Assembly: GCA_030264375.1 (NCBI GenBank)
Contig: JASCQW010000001.1
Location: 109,996,445-110,060,444 of the forward strand
DNA from: Carcharhinus longimanus
Taxonomy: Eukaryota
Reading direction: 5' to 3'
DNA length: 64,000 nt
The notes beneath the pieces were generated by a model that had not been told where the DNA came from, did not search any database, and saw only the letters and a program-made list of their open reading frames with translations. This document shows, piece by piece, positions 50,968-62,459 of this stretch. The translations under genes and the position numbers were made by a program. Position 1 is the first letter of the stretch, and the number at the start of each line of letters is the position of its first letter.

Positions 50968-51925
50968 CAATGTTTTGGACCCCAACTGTTGACATTATAT
51001 ATGAATGATTTGGAAGAGGGAACTGAATGCATTATCTCCAAATTTGCAGATGATACAAAGTTGGGTGGGAGAGTGAGCTGTGAGGAGGATGCAGAGATGC
51101 TTCAGTGTGATTTGGACAGGCTGAGTGTGAGGGTATCTACATAACAGATACAGTATAATGTGGATAAATGTGAGGTTATCCACTTTGGGAGCAATAATAG
51201 GAAGACAGATTATTACTGGAATGGGTGTAAATTGAGAGAGGCGGATACTCAGCGAGACCTTGGAGTCCTCGTGCATCAGTCACTGAAAGTAAGCGCGCAG
51301 GTACAGCAGGCAGTAAAGAAGGGAAATGGTATGTTGGCCTTCATCATCAGAGGATTTGAGTATAGGGATAGGGAAGTTTTGCTTCAATTGTACAGTGTGT
51401 TGTAGAGGCCACACCTGGAGTATTGTGAGGAGGTTTGGTGTCTTTATCTGAGGAAAGATGCCCTTGCTGTAGAGGGAATACAGTGAAGGTTTGCCAGACT
51501 GATTCCTGGGATGGCAGGACTGTCAAATGAGGAGAGATTAAGTCGGTTAGGATTATATTCACTGGATTTTAGAAAAGTGAGAGGGATTTCATAGAAACCT
51601 ATAAAATTCTAACAGGTTCATAAAGAATGTTCCTGATGGTGGGGGAGTCCAGAACTAGGGAGTCATAGTTTGAGGATAAGGGGTAAACCTTTTAGAATTG
51701 AAGTGAGGAGAAATTTCTTCACCCAGAGGGTGGTGAATGTGTGGAATTCACTACCATAGAAAGTAGTTGAGGCCAAAACATTTATGTGATTTCAAGAAAT
51801 TAGATACAGCTCTTGGGGCTCAAGGATATGAGGGGAAAGGTGGGATCAGGATATTAATGATCAAAATGAATGGCGGAGCAGGTTCAAAGGGCCAAATGGC
51901 CTGCTGCTTCTAGTTTTTATGGTCA
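50968..51925 (+). mobile_element. CR1/HER1 LINE, 5'-truncated
   Basis: [31 protein letters not shown]; DKCEVIHFG; QRDLGVLVHQSLK; tail gggccaaatggcctgctgcttctagtttttatgg. Confidence 0.92.
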
Positions 51926-52213
51926 TCTGGGATTATGGCAACTTTGCCTTTTACCTCTTATAGTGTCATTGTACGCTTTTGCTACTATACAGCAGTTTGG
52001 CCCAGATTACAGGATACCTATGCTATCCGATTCAGACACAAAATCTATCAACTAATTCAGACTTGATGCTGTGCAGATTAAATTGTTTGTATATTGAGAT
52101 GCGCTGTCACCAAAATATCAACCCTTCCCCCTGCCCCCATCACTGGTAATACTGTATAGAGACAAAAATATATAAAAATATACGTATAGAGAACAAAAAT
52201 CACAGGTTACCCA

Positions 52214-52257
52214 TCTCGGACTTTTGGCTAAGATCAAGTGTAGTATCTGTTTTTATC
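52214..52257 (+). pseudogene. U2 snRNA 5' fragment (U2 nt 7-50), head of a composite element
   Basis: tctcggacttttggctaagatcaagtgtagtatctgtttttatc matches vertebrate U2 nt 7-50 at 42/44, including the branch-point recognition sequence GTAGTA. The Sm site and 3' half are absent, so this is not a functional U2 gene. Confidence 0.9.
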
Positions 52258-52550
52258 TTCTGGGCCTTTTGGCTAGGATCGAGTGTGGTGTTGGCATGCT
52301 GTGCTTGGTTGGGGTGAGGAGCATTTCAGCTTCATTTGAGGCAACTTTTGGGGGTGACGTCTCGGCCTTTTGGCGAGGATGCGGGTCCAATCGGGCCTTG
52401 AAGGAGGAGCTATGCCTGCTCCAATCAGCTTTGCTTGTGTGGGTCAGGCCCGGGATGGGGGTTGAGAGCCCTGTCGTGTCAGCTTGGATCGGGAATGTCT
52501 CAACTTGTTGAGATTCTGAATTGGACTTGATTGGATTGAATTGGAATAAA
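52214..52550 (+). mobile_element. Candidate U2 snRNA-headed SINE-like element
   Basis: Three U2 5'-end copies (52214-52257, 52257-52291, 52360-52380), a GC-rich body, a TCTCAAC-tt-GTTGAGA hairpin, a (TGAATTGGA)-like repetitive tail and then A-rich sequence. Confidence 0.55.
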
Positions 52551-54239
52551 AACAGAGATTAAATCAGAATAAATAAAGATAAGTCATTAAATAAAGAGAA
52601 ACATTGGCAGAAGACTCTGTACTGAAAGAACACACATTTAAAATAATTTGAGAAAAGATAGGTGCATGCACAAGTGGCTTATTTCTGTAATATCAGATCA
52701 CATTATTCTGACAAATTGATTCTCTGTCTCAGTTGCAGTATTTGTACAAAGAAACAGATTAAAGGTTTCTTCGTCCCAGCCTCCCAGTTCAGGCTCCTCA
52801 AGGTAAGCCGTGTCTATGCAACAAGCTCTGACCCCTTTGTCTTCATGAACATTTGGCTAATGCAGCAGTAAGATATTTACTAATGTCTAGTTCTGAGTGT
52901 GTTACCCACTTGTGTGAGCATGTGCCAAGGTGTTGAGGTGTGTTATGCTGAGAGATGATGTGTACACAAATGTGACTAATGTACCATTTGTTTTGGAAGG
53001 TTGATGATTATTTCAAATTCTTCATCCCTCAGTGTGAAAGACTCGAGTTTCACACTAATATGAACTTAAGATCCTAAGGGTCTGATTTATTGATACTTGA
53101 GGCAGCATTATGTACCTTCAATTCCAAGTCCCATCCCTCAATCCCCAGCCAGAGGCTCTCCTTTCTTTGTTGCTCAGGTTCTAGGTGCTAGAATCATGGA
53201 GTGGAATTCTCCCATTCCACTGGGTTTAATGATGGGCAGGCGTGGAGAATCTAGCGACAGCCAAATTATTGGAAATAACATTGCAATTCTCCCAATGGGG
53301 GGTTACTGGCCATTTGGTTTTCCTGGTGGCAGTTGGTGTGAAGGCCATTTGCATTTATTTACATCTCATCCGCCAGCATCCTATCAGGCTTCAATCTATG
53401 TTCTATGTATCTGGACAGGACTGTGCTATGGGACTCATGCTGCCGTTGCAATAAAGGCCTGTAGTTTGACCAGGAGTGTGCTGTGATCTGAGGTGTTTGG
53501 GCAGCCTGGTGAAGATAAGGGGATGCAGTGTTGGGGAAGGCTGTGCAAGGAGGGGGAAAAGGCTGGTGATGTCACGTGGAGGGAAGACCAAAAGGATGGA
53601 AGTTTAGTGAACCCACTAAAAAACTTTCAAACAACAGGGTCAAAGGAATCTCACCTGGTTTACTGAAAGGGGATGCACAAAGACTCCAGGAGATAGAAGT
53701 GCACATCATAGGTGGCTGGAACAGGGTACAGACAGATGGTTGAATCGAGGAACTGACATCTTCTTGGTTCTTGATCCTTCGACCGTTAGGAAGTTTCTCC
53801 TTATCTAATCAGTCCCGACCCTTCATGATTTTGAACATTTCTGTCAAATCTCTTAATTTTTTTCTTTTAATGTGCCAGGATCAAACCTGTCAGTTGAAGG
53901 TAGTGAATGAATTAATTGCCTGTTCACGAAGGTGTCTGAGGGGAACTTGCCTTGCATAATTAATGAGGTTTCAAGTGCAGAATCTATTGCGGATCCCACT
54001 ATTTTGGCTAGCGGGAAAGGTGTTGCTTGATCCTCCCATCATTGCAATTAGTCTGAAAATTCTGGGAGAATTCTGCCATTGTTACAGTTCAGGAGGCCAT
54101 TCAGCCCATGTTAGCCCATGCATCCATAATAGCTCTCCAAAAGAGCAACTCACCTAGTCCCACTCCACACCCTTTTCACGTACCTCTGAAACTTTTTCCT
54201 CTAATTTTTCAATTCGCTTCCAAAAGCTTCCTCCATCAT

Positions 54240-55005
54240 ATTGTGTGGCACTATCACCAAGCTAAATGAGACACTTTGAACTGATCTAACAACTCAAGAA
54301 TGGGCATCCATGAGGCACTGTGGACCATCAACAGCAGTGGAATTGTACTCCACAATCTGCAACCTCATGGCCTGGCATTTCCTCCGTTCAACCATTACCA
54401 TTAAGCCAGGGATCAACTCTGGTTGAATAGAGAGTGCAGGAGGGCATGCCAGGAGCAGCACCAGGTGTACTTAAGAATGAGCTGTCAACTTGGTGAAGCT
54501 ACCAAACAAGATTACTAGCATGCCAAATGGCAAAAACAGCAAGTGAAAGACAGCGCAGTTGATCCCACAACCAACGGATCAGGTCTAAGCTCTGCAGTCC
54601 TTCCACATCCAGTCGTGAATGGTGGTGGACAATTAAACAATTCACTGAAGGAGAAGGCTCCACAAAGACTGAAGTATTTGTAGCAATCTTCGGCTAGAAG
54701 TGTCGAATGGATGATTCAACTTGGCCTGTTCCAGTGGTCCCCAGCATCACAGATGCCAGGCTCCGGCCAATTTGATTCACTCCACATGACATCAAAAAAC
54801 GGTTGGAGGCACTAGATACTGCAAAGGCAATGGGCCCCGATAACATTCCAGATCACAAGTACTGAAGACTTGTACTCCAGAACTTGCCGTACCCCTAACC
54901 AGGCTCTTCCAGTACAGTTACAACATTGGCATCTACCCAACTATGTGGAAAATTGCCCAGGTATGCCCTGTACACAAAAATCAGGACAAATCCAACCCGG
55001 CCAGT
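54240..55005 (+). mobile_element. CR1-like LINE internal fragment (second family)
   Basis: tccacatccagtcgtgaatggtggtggacaatt; KAMGPDNIP and IYPTMWKIAQVCPVHKNQDKSNPA motifs preceding the RT. Confidence 0.8.
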
Positions 55006-55438
55006 TGTCTGACTGATGATGGGGCGGAACATAGGTGCGGGTGGGAGCATGCAGGTAACTGGTGGAGTGTGTGATTGAGCGACAATGTGTGGTGGTGGTG
55101 TAAGCGCAAGTCTACGTTGTGCCCAGTCTCCATTTTCTCAGTCTATCTCATCATCACCTACCCCAGCATGCACTCATGCTCTCCCACCCACATATGCTAA
55201 CCCTCCAACATTTTTATTGTTTACTCTCTTTTTAATCCAACAGCTCATTTCTGTGATGTGACTTTATATGTATTCAGCAATGTTTCTGTTGAAGTTCATT
55301 TCGTTATTGTGCCATATCTCAACTTTCTGAAACTTGGTTATCAGTTCCTTGAATGCTGGCCCCTAACCCCCCAGCGACAAGATTGTCTACCTCTTATTCT
55401 GAGATTGTGTCTCCTGGTTCTAGCCAGTGGTGCATTTT

Positions 55439-55567
55439 GGGTGGCACGGTAGCGCAGTGGTTAGCACTGCTGCTTCACAGCTCCAGGGTCCTGTGTTCGA
55501 TTCCCAGCTCGGGTCACTGTCTGTGTGGAGTTTGCACATTCTCCTCGTGTCTGCGTGGGTTTCCTCC
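55439..55567 (+). mobile_element. HE1 V-SINE 5' part running into a gap
   Basis: gggtggcacggtagcgcagtggttagcactgctgcttcacag. Confidence 0.85.
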
Positions 55568-55679
55568 NNNNNNNNNNNNNNNNNNNNNNNNNNNNNNNNN
55601 NNNNNNNNNNNNNNNNNNNNNNNNNNNNNNNNNNNNNNNNNNNNNNNNNNNNNNNNNNNNNNNNNNNTCAATTTAAAAT

Positions 55680-55857
55680 GGCCACTCCACTAACCTGCAC
55701 ATCTTTCGACTGAGAGAGGAAACTGGAGCACCCAGAGGGAACCCACGCAGACTGTGGAGAATGTGCAAACTCCACACAGACAGTGACCCAAGCTGGGAAC
55801 TGAGCCCAGGTCCCTGGTGCTATGAGGCAGCAGTGCTAACCGTGCACCGTGCCGCCC
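55680..55857 (-). mobile_element. HE1 V-SINE 5' part, reverse
   Basis: ctaacctgcacatctttcgact...gcagcagtgctaaccgtgcaccgtgccgccc. Confidence 0.85.
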
Positions 55858-56614
55858 TAAATTGTATAAATACATGACTGATTTATTTACATAATAATAA
55901 AGCACTAACAAAATGGGAAAAGCTATTAAAGGCACCACCGTCCAGAAACTGAATGTCTGTAACGTTAATGCAATCTATGAAGATGTTGCTTTATTTTTAG
56001 AGGTATGAATGTGTTTCTAGAAATTGGTGGGATCAACTGCTGTGCAAGAAGATCAGGCAAAATTGCTCTATCTTTGGCCCATGAGATGGTGCGTCATTTG
56101 GGAAGGAACTGCAATGTTAATGTGGATTCAGGAGGTGTTCATTTTGGTTCCATGTTCAGGTGAGGAAAACAGCTGCTTTTTCCACCTTTTCTTGACCCCT
56201 CCTTTTAGAGGATCACCTGTTCCTCTGTTTTAAACTCTTTGCAGCTCGCAAGATCAGTGCCATTGGCTTCCTTCCCATTTTCCTGCACTGGTGGAGATCC
56301 AAGATAATGCTTGTAGGGACATAGGCGCACCCTACTGGCAACTTAAGGAAATAACTCGTTCTCCGGCAGGGTTACAATGAAAGGGAGATCGGAAGGGAAC
56401 CTGGAGGCATCCAGTGACCTCCTTAGCAGTGGAACAACTTCAAAGTATTTTGGCTGCTCCTTTTTTAGTATGTTAACACTTTAGAATCCTGTAAGATCAA
56501 AGGAAGTTCCTATGTTCCTGGATCAATAAGACTGGCTTATTTATTCTTGGATTGTCACGGCGAAAATAACATTATTATTATGATTACATTAGGTGCAGTT
56601 TTATTTACTGTGAT

Positions 56615-56945
56615 GAGGCATGGTAGTAGCAGAATTAGTGTACGTTACTGGACTAAGTCATTCAAAAGCGTGGTTCAAATATCCAAAAAAAAGCAATTTG
56701 GGAATTTGAATTCAGTGTAATAAAACATCTGGAAATATAAAAATGTCACCGGTGTAAAGTGACCATGAAGCTGTTGGGTTGTAGTAAAAATCCAACTGCT
56801 TACTATTGTCCTTTAGGGAAGAAAACCTGCCATCCTTACCCAGCCTGGCAGTGATATAGCGGCATTATTATCTTCTCAGGGCAACTAGACATGGCCAATA
56901 ACTGTCAGCTTCGCAGGCAACTTCCCCAGCCCAAGAATGAATGAT
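56615..56945 (+). mobile_element. LF-SINE-related / CR1 5'-type shark SINE
   Basis: gttactggactaag...gtgaccatgaagctgttgg...gtcctttagggaagaaaacctgccatccttacccagcctgg. Confidence 0.55.
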
Positions 56946-57934
56946 AATAAGAAAAAACAACTAGAACTAACATCAAAATATTAATGCAAAAGCAAAATAC
57001 TACACTAGCTAGGAGTATAAAAAAGGAAATGCTGGAAATACTGGGTAGGTCAGAATACAAGGTAGGGGCAGAGGTGAATATTGTGTCACAGCCAAACACC
57101 TGGAGGGTTAGTGTGGGAACCTGTCCTACCCCATTAATGATGATCCACTGCCTGTTTGGGGACCTGGGGACCATTCAATAAAATTAGTTTGAGAATATTA
57201 TACTCCTACAGCTTTGCTAGTGCCATTGTTTATTCTATTGAAGTCTGAGTCGTTGTAACAGAGCAAATGTTACACATGTTTTGAATTAAAAATGGCAAGT
57301 CTGCTGCCGCTGATTTTCAGATGTGCAGTTGAGGTGCACGAGGTACCTCTCAGCATGAAAGGACTTAGAAAATCTTCCTGTGCTGTTTCCTGGGATTCCC
57401 AGAGGTCTGTGATGTAAATTAAGAAAGCATTGCATGACATTTATATTAGGATTAAGTTGCTGCTTTTATTAAACAGTAATACCTCTAAATCCATCGCTGG
57501 ATACCTTCTGCCTTTGCTTTTCCCCAGACATTTTGTCTTCCCTCCTTCAAGCAACTGGCACCAGAAGCCCTTCTGAGGATCAAACCTGAAATTCATAAGA
57601 CACCCTCTCAGCCATTTGCGCTTGACATAAACTACATTTAGAAAAACCCTATGGGGATTATTCTTACACTAAAAGCTAATGGGAAAGAAAAAGCAAATAA
57701 ATCTTCTTCAGCGCAACAGGCAATTGCATCAAATCCCCATTTAGAGTACATTATCACTCCTTATTTCATGCTTTTATTTTGTATTTAGCTTACCAATAAT
57801 GGGAAGAAAATAGCTGGCAAATCGGTTTAGTAAATTACTTATCCATAAAGTTTATTTAGCTGTTTAAAAGGAAGCAGAGTTCAGTTTAATGGATTTAATC
57901 TGTAGACTTTTTATTGTATAACTACTAGTGTGTC

Positions 57935-58045
57935 ACAGTCCAAGGCCTGAAAGGATGTAGTTCTTATTCAGGATAAGCTAATGTCAGCAATGAAAAGACA
58001 GTAACATGATGAATAAGAATTACATCCTTTCAGGCCTTGGACTGT
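57935..58045. repeat. Palindromic mini-element: 36-bp arms, 39-nt spacer
   Basis: acagtccaaggcctgaaaggatgtagttcttattca (57935-57970) versus tgaataagaattacatcctttcaggccttggactgt (58010-58045): 35/36 complementary. Confidence 0.9.
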
Positions 58046-58371
58046 ATAAGTAAAGTACTGGCAGTAAAGGTCAACAATGTTCTATGAATGAATTCTCTCC
58101 ATGGACCTTTAATTCTTATTACGATGTTTTTGTGATAAATCACAACTAATCATTATCTTGAAGTTTTCAATATATTTACCTCCCTTCAACTTTACCCTTC
58201 AAACTTTCTTATTTCCTTTCCAAATTTTTAGACAATTATTTCAAAAGCTTTTATTCGTATTTTATAATACTTATATAACAAAATAATAGTATAACTGTTT
58301 CATTCCACCAGAAGTGCTGAGGGTTTCTATAGTTCTGCGCTGCTTAGATTTATTGCATGTAGCTTCCAAGA

Positions 58372-59945
58372 CGGTAAGAACTAGGAGGAGGATTCGGCCT
58401 TCTGGTCCCTCGAGCCTGCTTCGCCATTCAATAAGATCATGGCTGATCTTTTCGTCAACATAGCCCTTACCCGCCCGCTCACCATAACCCTTAATTTCTT
58501 TACTGTTCAAAAATCTATCCTTGCCTTAAAAACATTCAATGAGGTAGCCTCAATTGCTTCCTTGGGCAGGGAATTCCACAAATTCACAACCCTTTCGATG
58601 AAGAAGCTCCTCTTCAACTCAGTCCTAAATCTGCTCCTCCTTTTTTTGAGGCCATGCCCCCTAGTTCTAGTTTCACCTGCCAGTGGGAACAACCTCCCTG
58701 CTTCTATCTTATGTTCTTATATGTTTCTATAAGATCTCCCCTCATTCTTCTGAATTTCAATGAGTATAGTCCCAGTCTACTTAGTCTCTCCTCACAGCCA
58801 ACCTTCTCAATTCCAGAATCAATTTAGAGAATCTTCTCCGTACCCTCTCCTGTGGCAGTACATCCTTTCTCAAATAAGAAGGTCAAAACAGTTCATAATA
58901 CTCCAGGTATGNNNNNNNNNNNNNNNNNNNNNNNNNNNNNNNNNNNNNNNNNNNNNNNNNNNNNNNNNNNNNNNNNNNNNNNNNNNNNNNNNNNNNNNNN
59001 NNNNNNNNNNNNNNNNNNNNNNNNNNNNNNNNNNNNNNNNNNNNNNNNNNNNNNNNNNNNNNNNNNNNNNNNNNNNNNNNNNNNNNNNNNNNNNNNNNNN
59101 NNNNNNNNNNNNNNNNNNNNNNNNNNNNNNNNNNNNNNNNNNNNNNNNNNNNNNNNNNNNNNNNNNNNNNNNNNNNNNNNNNNNNNNNNNNNNNNNNNNN
59201 NNNNNNNNNNNNNNNNNNNNNNNNNNNNNNNNNNNNNNNNNNNNNNNNNNNNNNNNNNNNNNNNNNNNNNNNNNNNNNNNNNNNNNNNNNNNNNNNNNNN
59301 NNNNNNNNNNNNNNNNNNNNNNNNNNNNNNNNNNNNNNNNNNNNNNNNNNTGTGTCCCAGAAATGCCCCAGAATCCAGCGAATTTTGGTAAATTACCACT
59401 AGTGCATTTGCTATTTCACTCGCCATTTCCTTTAGTACCCTGGGATGCCAGGAAACTTGTCTATCGTTAACCCTATTAGCTTGCCCAACACTACCCAGTG
59501 ATAATAATAGTTTCTAGATCCTCACCTGCCATAGCCTCCTTGTCATCAAATTTTGGCATGTGTCTTCCAATGTGAAGTCCAACACAAAATATCCATTTAA
59601 TGCCTCAGCCATTTCTTCATTTCCAGTTATTACATCCCCCTTCTTATCCTCTAAAGGACCAATGTTTACTTTAGCCACTCTTTTTCATTTTATATATTTG
59701 TAGAACTTTTGCTATCTGTTTTTATATTCTGAGCTAGTTTACCTCATAAGCTATCTTACTTTTCTCTACAGATTTTTTCGTGGCTTTCTGTGACCTTTAA
59801 AAATGTCCCAATCCTCTAGTTTCCTACAAATCTTTGCCACTTTGTATGTATTTTCTTTTAATTTGATACCCTCCTTTATTTCCTTAGATATTAATGGCAG
59901 ATTATCCGTTTTCTTTTACAGTCCTTCCTTATCACTGGTATATGC
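58372..59945 (-). mobile_element. CR1/HER1 LINE spanning a ~440-N gap
   Basis: Reverse ORF pieces FPLAGETRTRGHGLKKRRSRFRTELKRSFFIERVVNLWNSLP and MASEIANALVVIYQNSLDSG; 3' tail at 58372-58440. Confidence 0.88.
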
Positions 59946-62459
59946 AGTGCAAAAATTTGGAATGGCTGGAATTTTCTAGCCGTTCATGACAGTGGGATTC
60001 TCTGGTCCCACTGCAATGAATGGAGATTTGGCTAGGCACCAAATTCTCTGTCCTTGCTTGCAGCAGCGGTGGGGCATGAACAGCCTGATAATTTCAGCCA
60101 ACATACGTACTGGAAACTTCCTTGGTTCTGTCACTGACCGCATCAAACTTCCTGATGTCAATCATTTTTGAAATGATATTTCTCAGTCGTGCTGTTGTTA
60201 TGCAAATTGCAACATCTGCCAATTAGATAGAGTGCATTGATTTTTACCATGATTGATTACACTCATTGGGAAGAGTTATTTAATTATTGAATGTTAACTG
60301 CAGTCCTAGCAATGCTGAAAGCGAGTCTCAATAGTGCCATGCATTGATAATGAGCGAACGGGAGAACATGTAACCCATGCTGTCAGTATGTCATCATTGC
60401 CTGATTTGAATGCGCTGGTCTGTTTTTGGTCACATCTGGTGGAAAATCCGAGGAATATCCAGTGCCAGCAGGGAACTGATCTAGCAACTAACTGACTACC
60501 ACACTTGTTTGAAAATAGGGCAACTGTCCTTTAGAAAACTGTGCCAATAAACCTGAATTCAATGATCCTGATAAGTAATTGTTCTTTAAACAAATTGAAT
60601 CTGTTTGAATGTAGCACTGATTCCCACTATCATTGACTAACAGTTAGAGGGATCTGAAGATTTAACTAATTGTAAACTGTGATTAGCAGCTTGAGGGATT
60701 TGGTTGGTTTCATGGTTCCATGAGTATCATTTGGATGGAGCAAAAGTTGATGTGTACACCCATTAAGCAAGCAATTTCATTAATCAGTGACAGGGAATTA
60801 GATCAGATTCAGTAGACTAGTCTCAATGTATGGGATATAAGTCTTGATCTTTCAAAGTCTGCGAAGCCAAGGTTGTATCCACTCATAGTAGGTCAGATCT
60901 GTACCAATGGCAGTGAAGACTGACATCATCAAACTTTGCAGGGTTAGCTATTTTTTGTTTCATTTTAACATGCTCCCTAAAGAATGGAGAAATATGGGGC
61001 GGGCTTTTCTCAAAACAACAAAACCAGAATGATCCGTATCGGTCCATCAGGCACACTCCAAGCCACATTTGTCCCATACTCAGTCACTCTTTGGGAGAGT
61101 GGTGAGTTGCATGCCAATATTGGGCGGGGTGGGGGGCTTTAAACAAGCTGGTGATGCCAGCTGTAGAGTGTGCTAGGATGCTGTTTTGCAATGCCACATA
61201 TTGCTAGTGCCTTGTAACTGTGTGAAACGGCTAGTTGCAACAGGCAGAGTATTGACCATACTCAACCAGCTTGTGTTTGCGAAACTCAGAACATAGTGTG
61301 TGATCCCATGACTGGACAACACTTACTGAACAATACAGAGGGTGCTAAGAATTAAACCATCAACCAATTAAAGTTACCAGTATTCATACAGTCACCTATC
61401 CCCTCTTTAAAAAGCAGCATATGCCCAGGCATGTTTCCTTTTACTATAAATTACAAACATGGGAGACAATGGTTCTGTGGTGCATTCCCTACATCACACT
61501 TCGGCAAAATTGCCTCATTTGAATTTAAACTAAAGCTTGGGGATTAATTGCTGTTTTGTGCTTTCTCCATGGCAACACCTCACCCAATCAGAGAATACTA
61601 GTAAATAATCAGCACCATTTGCTCATGCATAATAAATAGATGTTCCCTTTGAAATTTGATATCCTTGCATCTACCCTACTGAGTGCAGGATGAAAAGCTT
61701 TAACAGGATGTTTCTTTTTTCAGCTAAAACATCATAAATTTTGTGCATCTCATTTCTCTTTCACAGGGACAGTTTTTGTCAAAAGGCCATGAAACGGTCA
61801 GTCAACATTGGGATAGAATAATATGGCACTTAAGGTAACAAGAAGAAATGAATAGTCTGTTAATGCTGTGGTAGCCTAGGGAAGGAGATGATTTTTGTTG
61901 TGAAAATTATCTGCAGATCTCCATGGAGCCAGTGGTGTAGGTCAGCAACAGTCTTTCTAGTGAAATAAAACTAGTGAAGATAGGGGTCCTCTAATACAAT
62001 GAACTAGGATATTGAGGCTATATAGTTAAACAAACCATTGACTCGAGCAGTCCATTGAGGTGTTAATGTCCCATGTGAGCATCTGTCCATCTTCCCTCAT
62101 GTGGCTCCCCCATTATCACCCTCTATTCCCTTCTCTCTCACATGGAAGATGAACTGCCTAAATACTATTTGTTTCAAGCACTCCCTGTGATTACAGGCCC
62201 TACATACTCTCCAGTCCTTGGGTAAAGAATTCCTTGTTGGATTCCTTGGTGACGATCATATATCGATGCCTCTAATTATGTTCTTCCCCAGTTGCAGGAG
62301 AAACATTGTCTAAATTCACTCTATCAAAACCTTTCCTAATTTTAAAGGCCTCCAATAGGTCCATTAGGAATGCTGGAGTGTTTAATTATGGATCCTGAAG
62401 TATCAATGTGTGTAGTCATCACACCTCAGGTGTCAGTACACCTCTATTTTCTGTACTTC

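Noticed and set aside
52214-52400. Functional U2 snRNA gene
   Set aside because: Only 5' fragments are present; there is no Sm site or 3' stem-loops and no evident snRNA promoter.
52739-52802. 64-nt AG...GT unit with the same length and phase as the next Nav exon
   Set aside because: Its translation (FVQRNRLKVSSSQPPSSGSS) has no similarity to the expected YFL..DALLCGNSSDAG; the length match is treated as coincidence.
55439-55857. Convergent HE1 pair forming a hairpin across a gap
   Set aside because: The gap hides the true spacing, and the arrangement may reflect scaffolding at repeats.
58760-59470. Longest ORFs in the track (177-236 aa)
   Set aside because: They consist mostly of N-gap residues inside a CR1.
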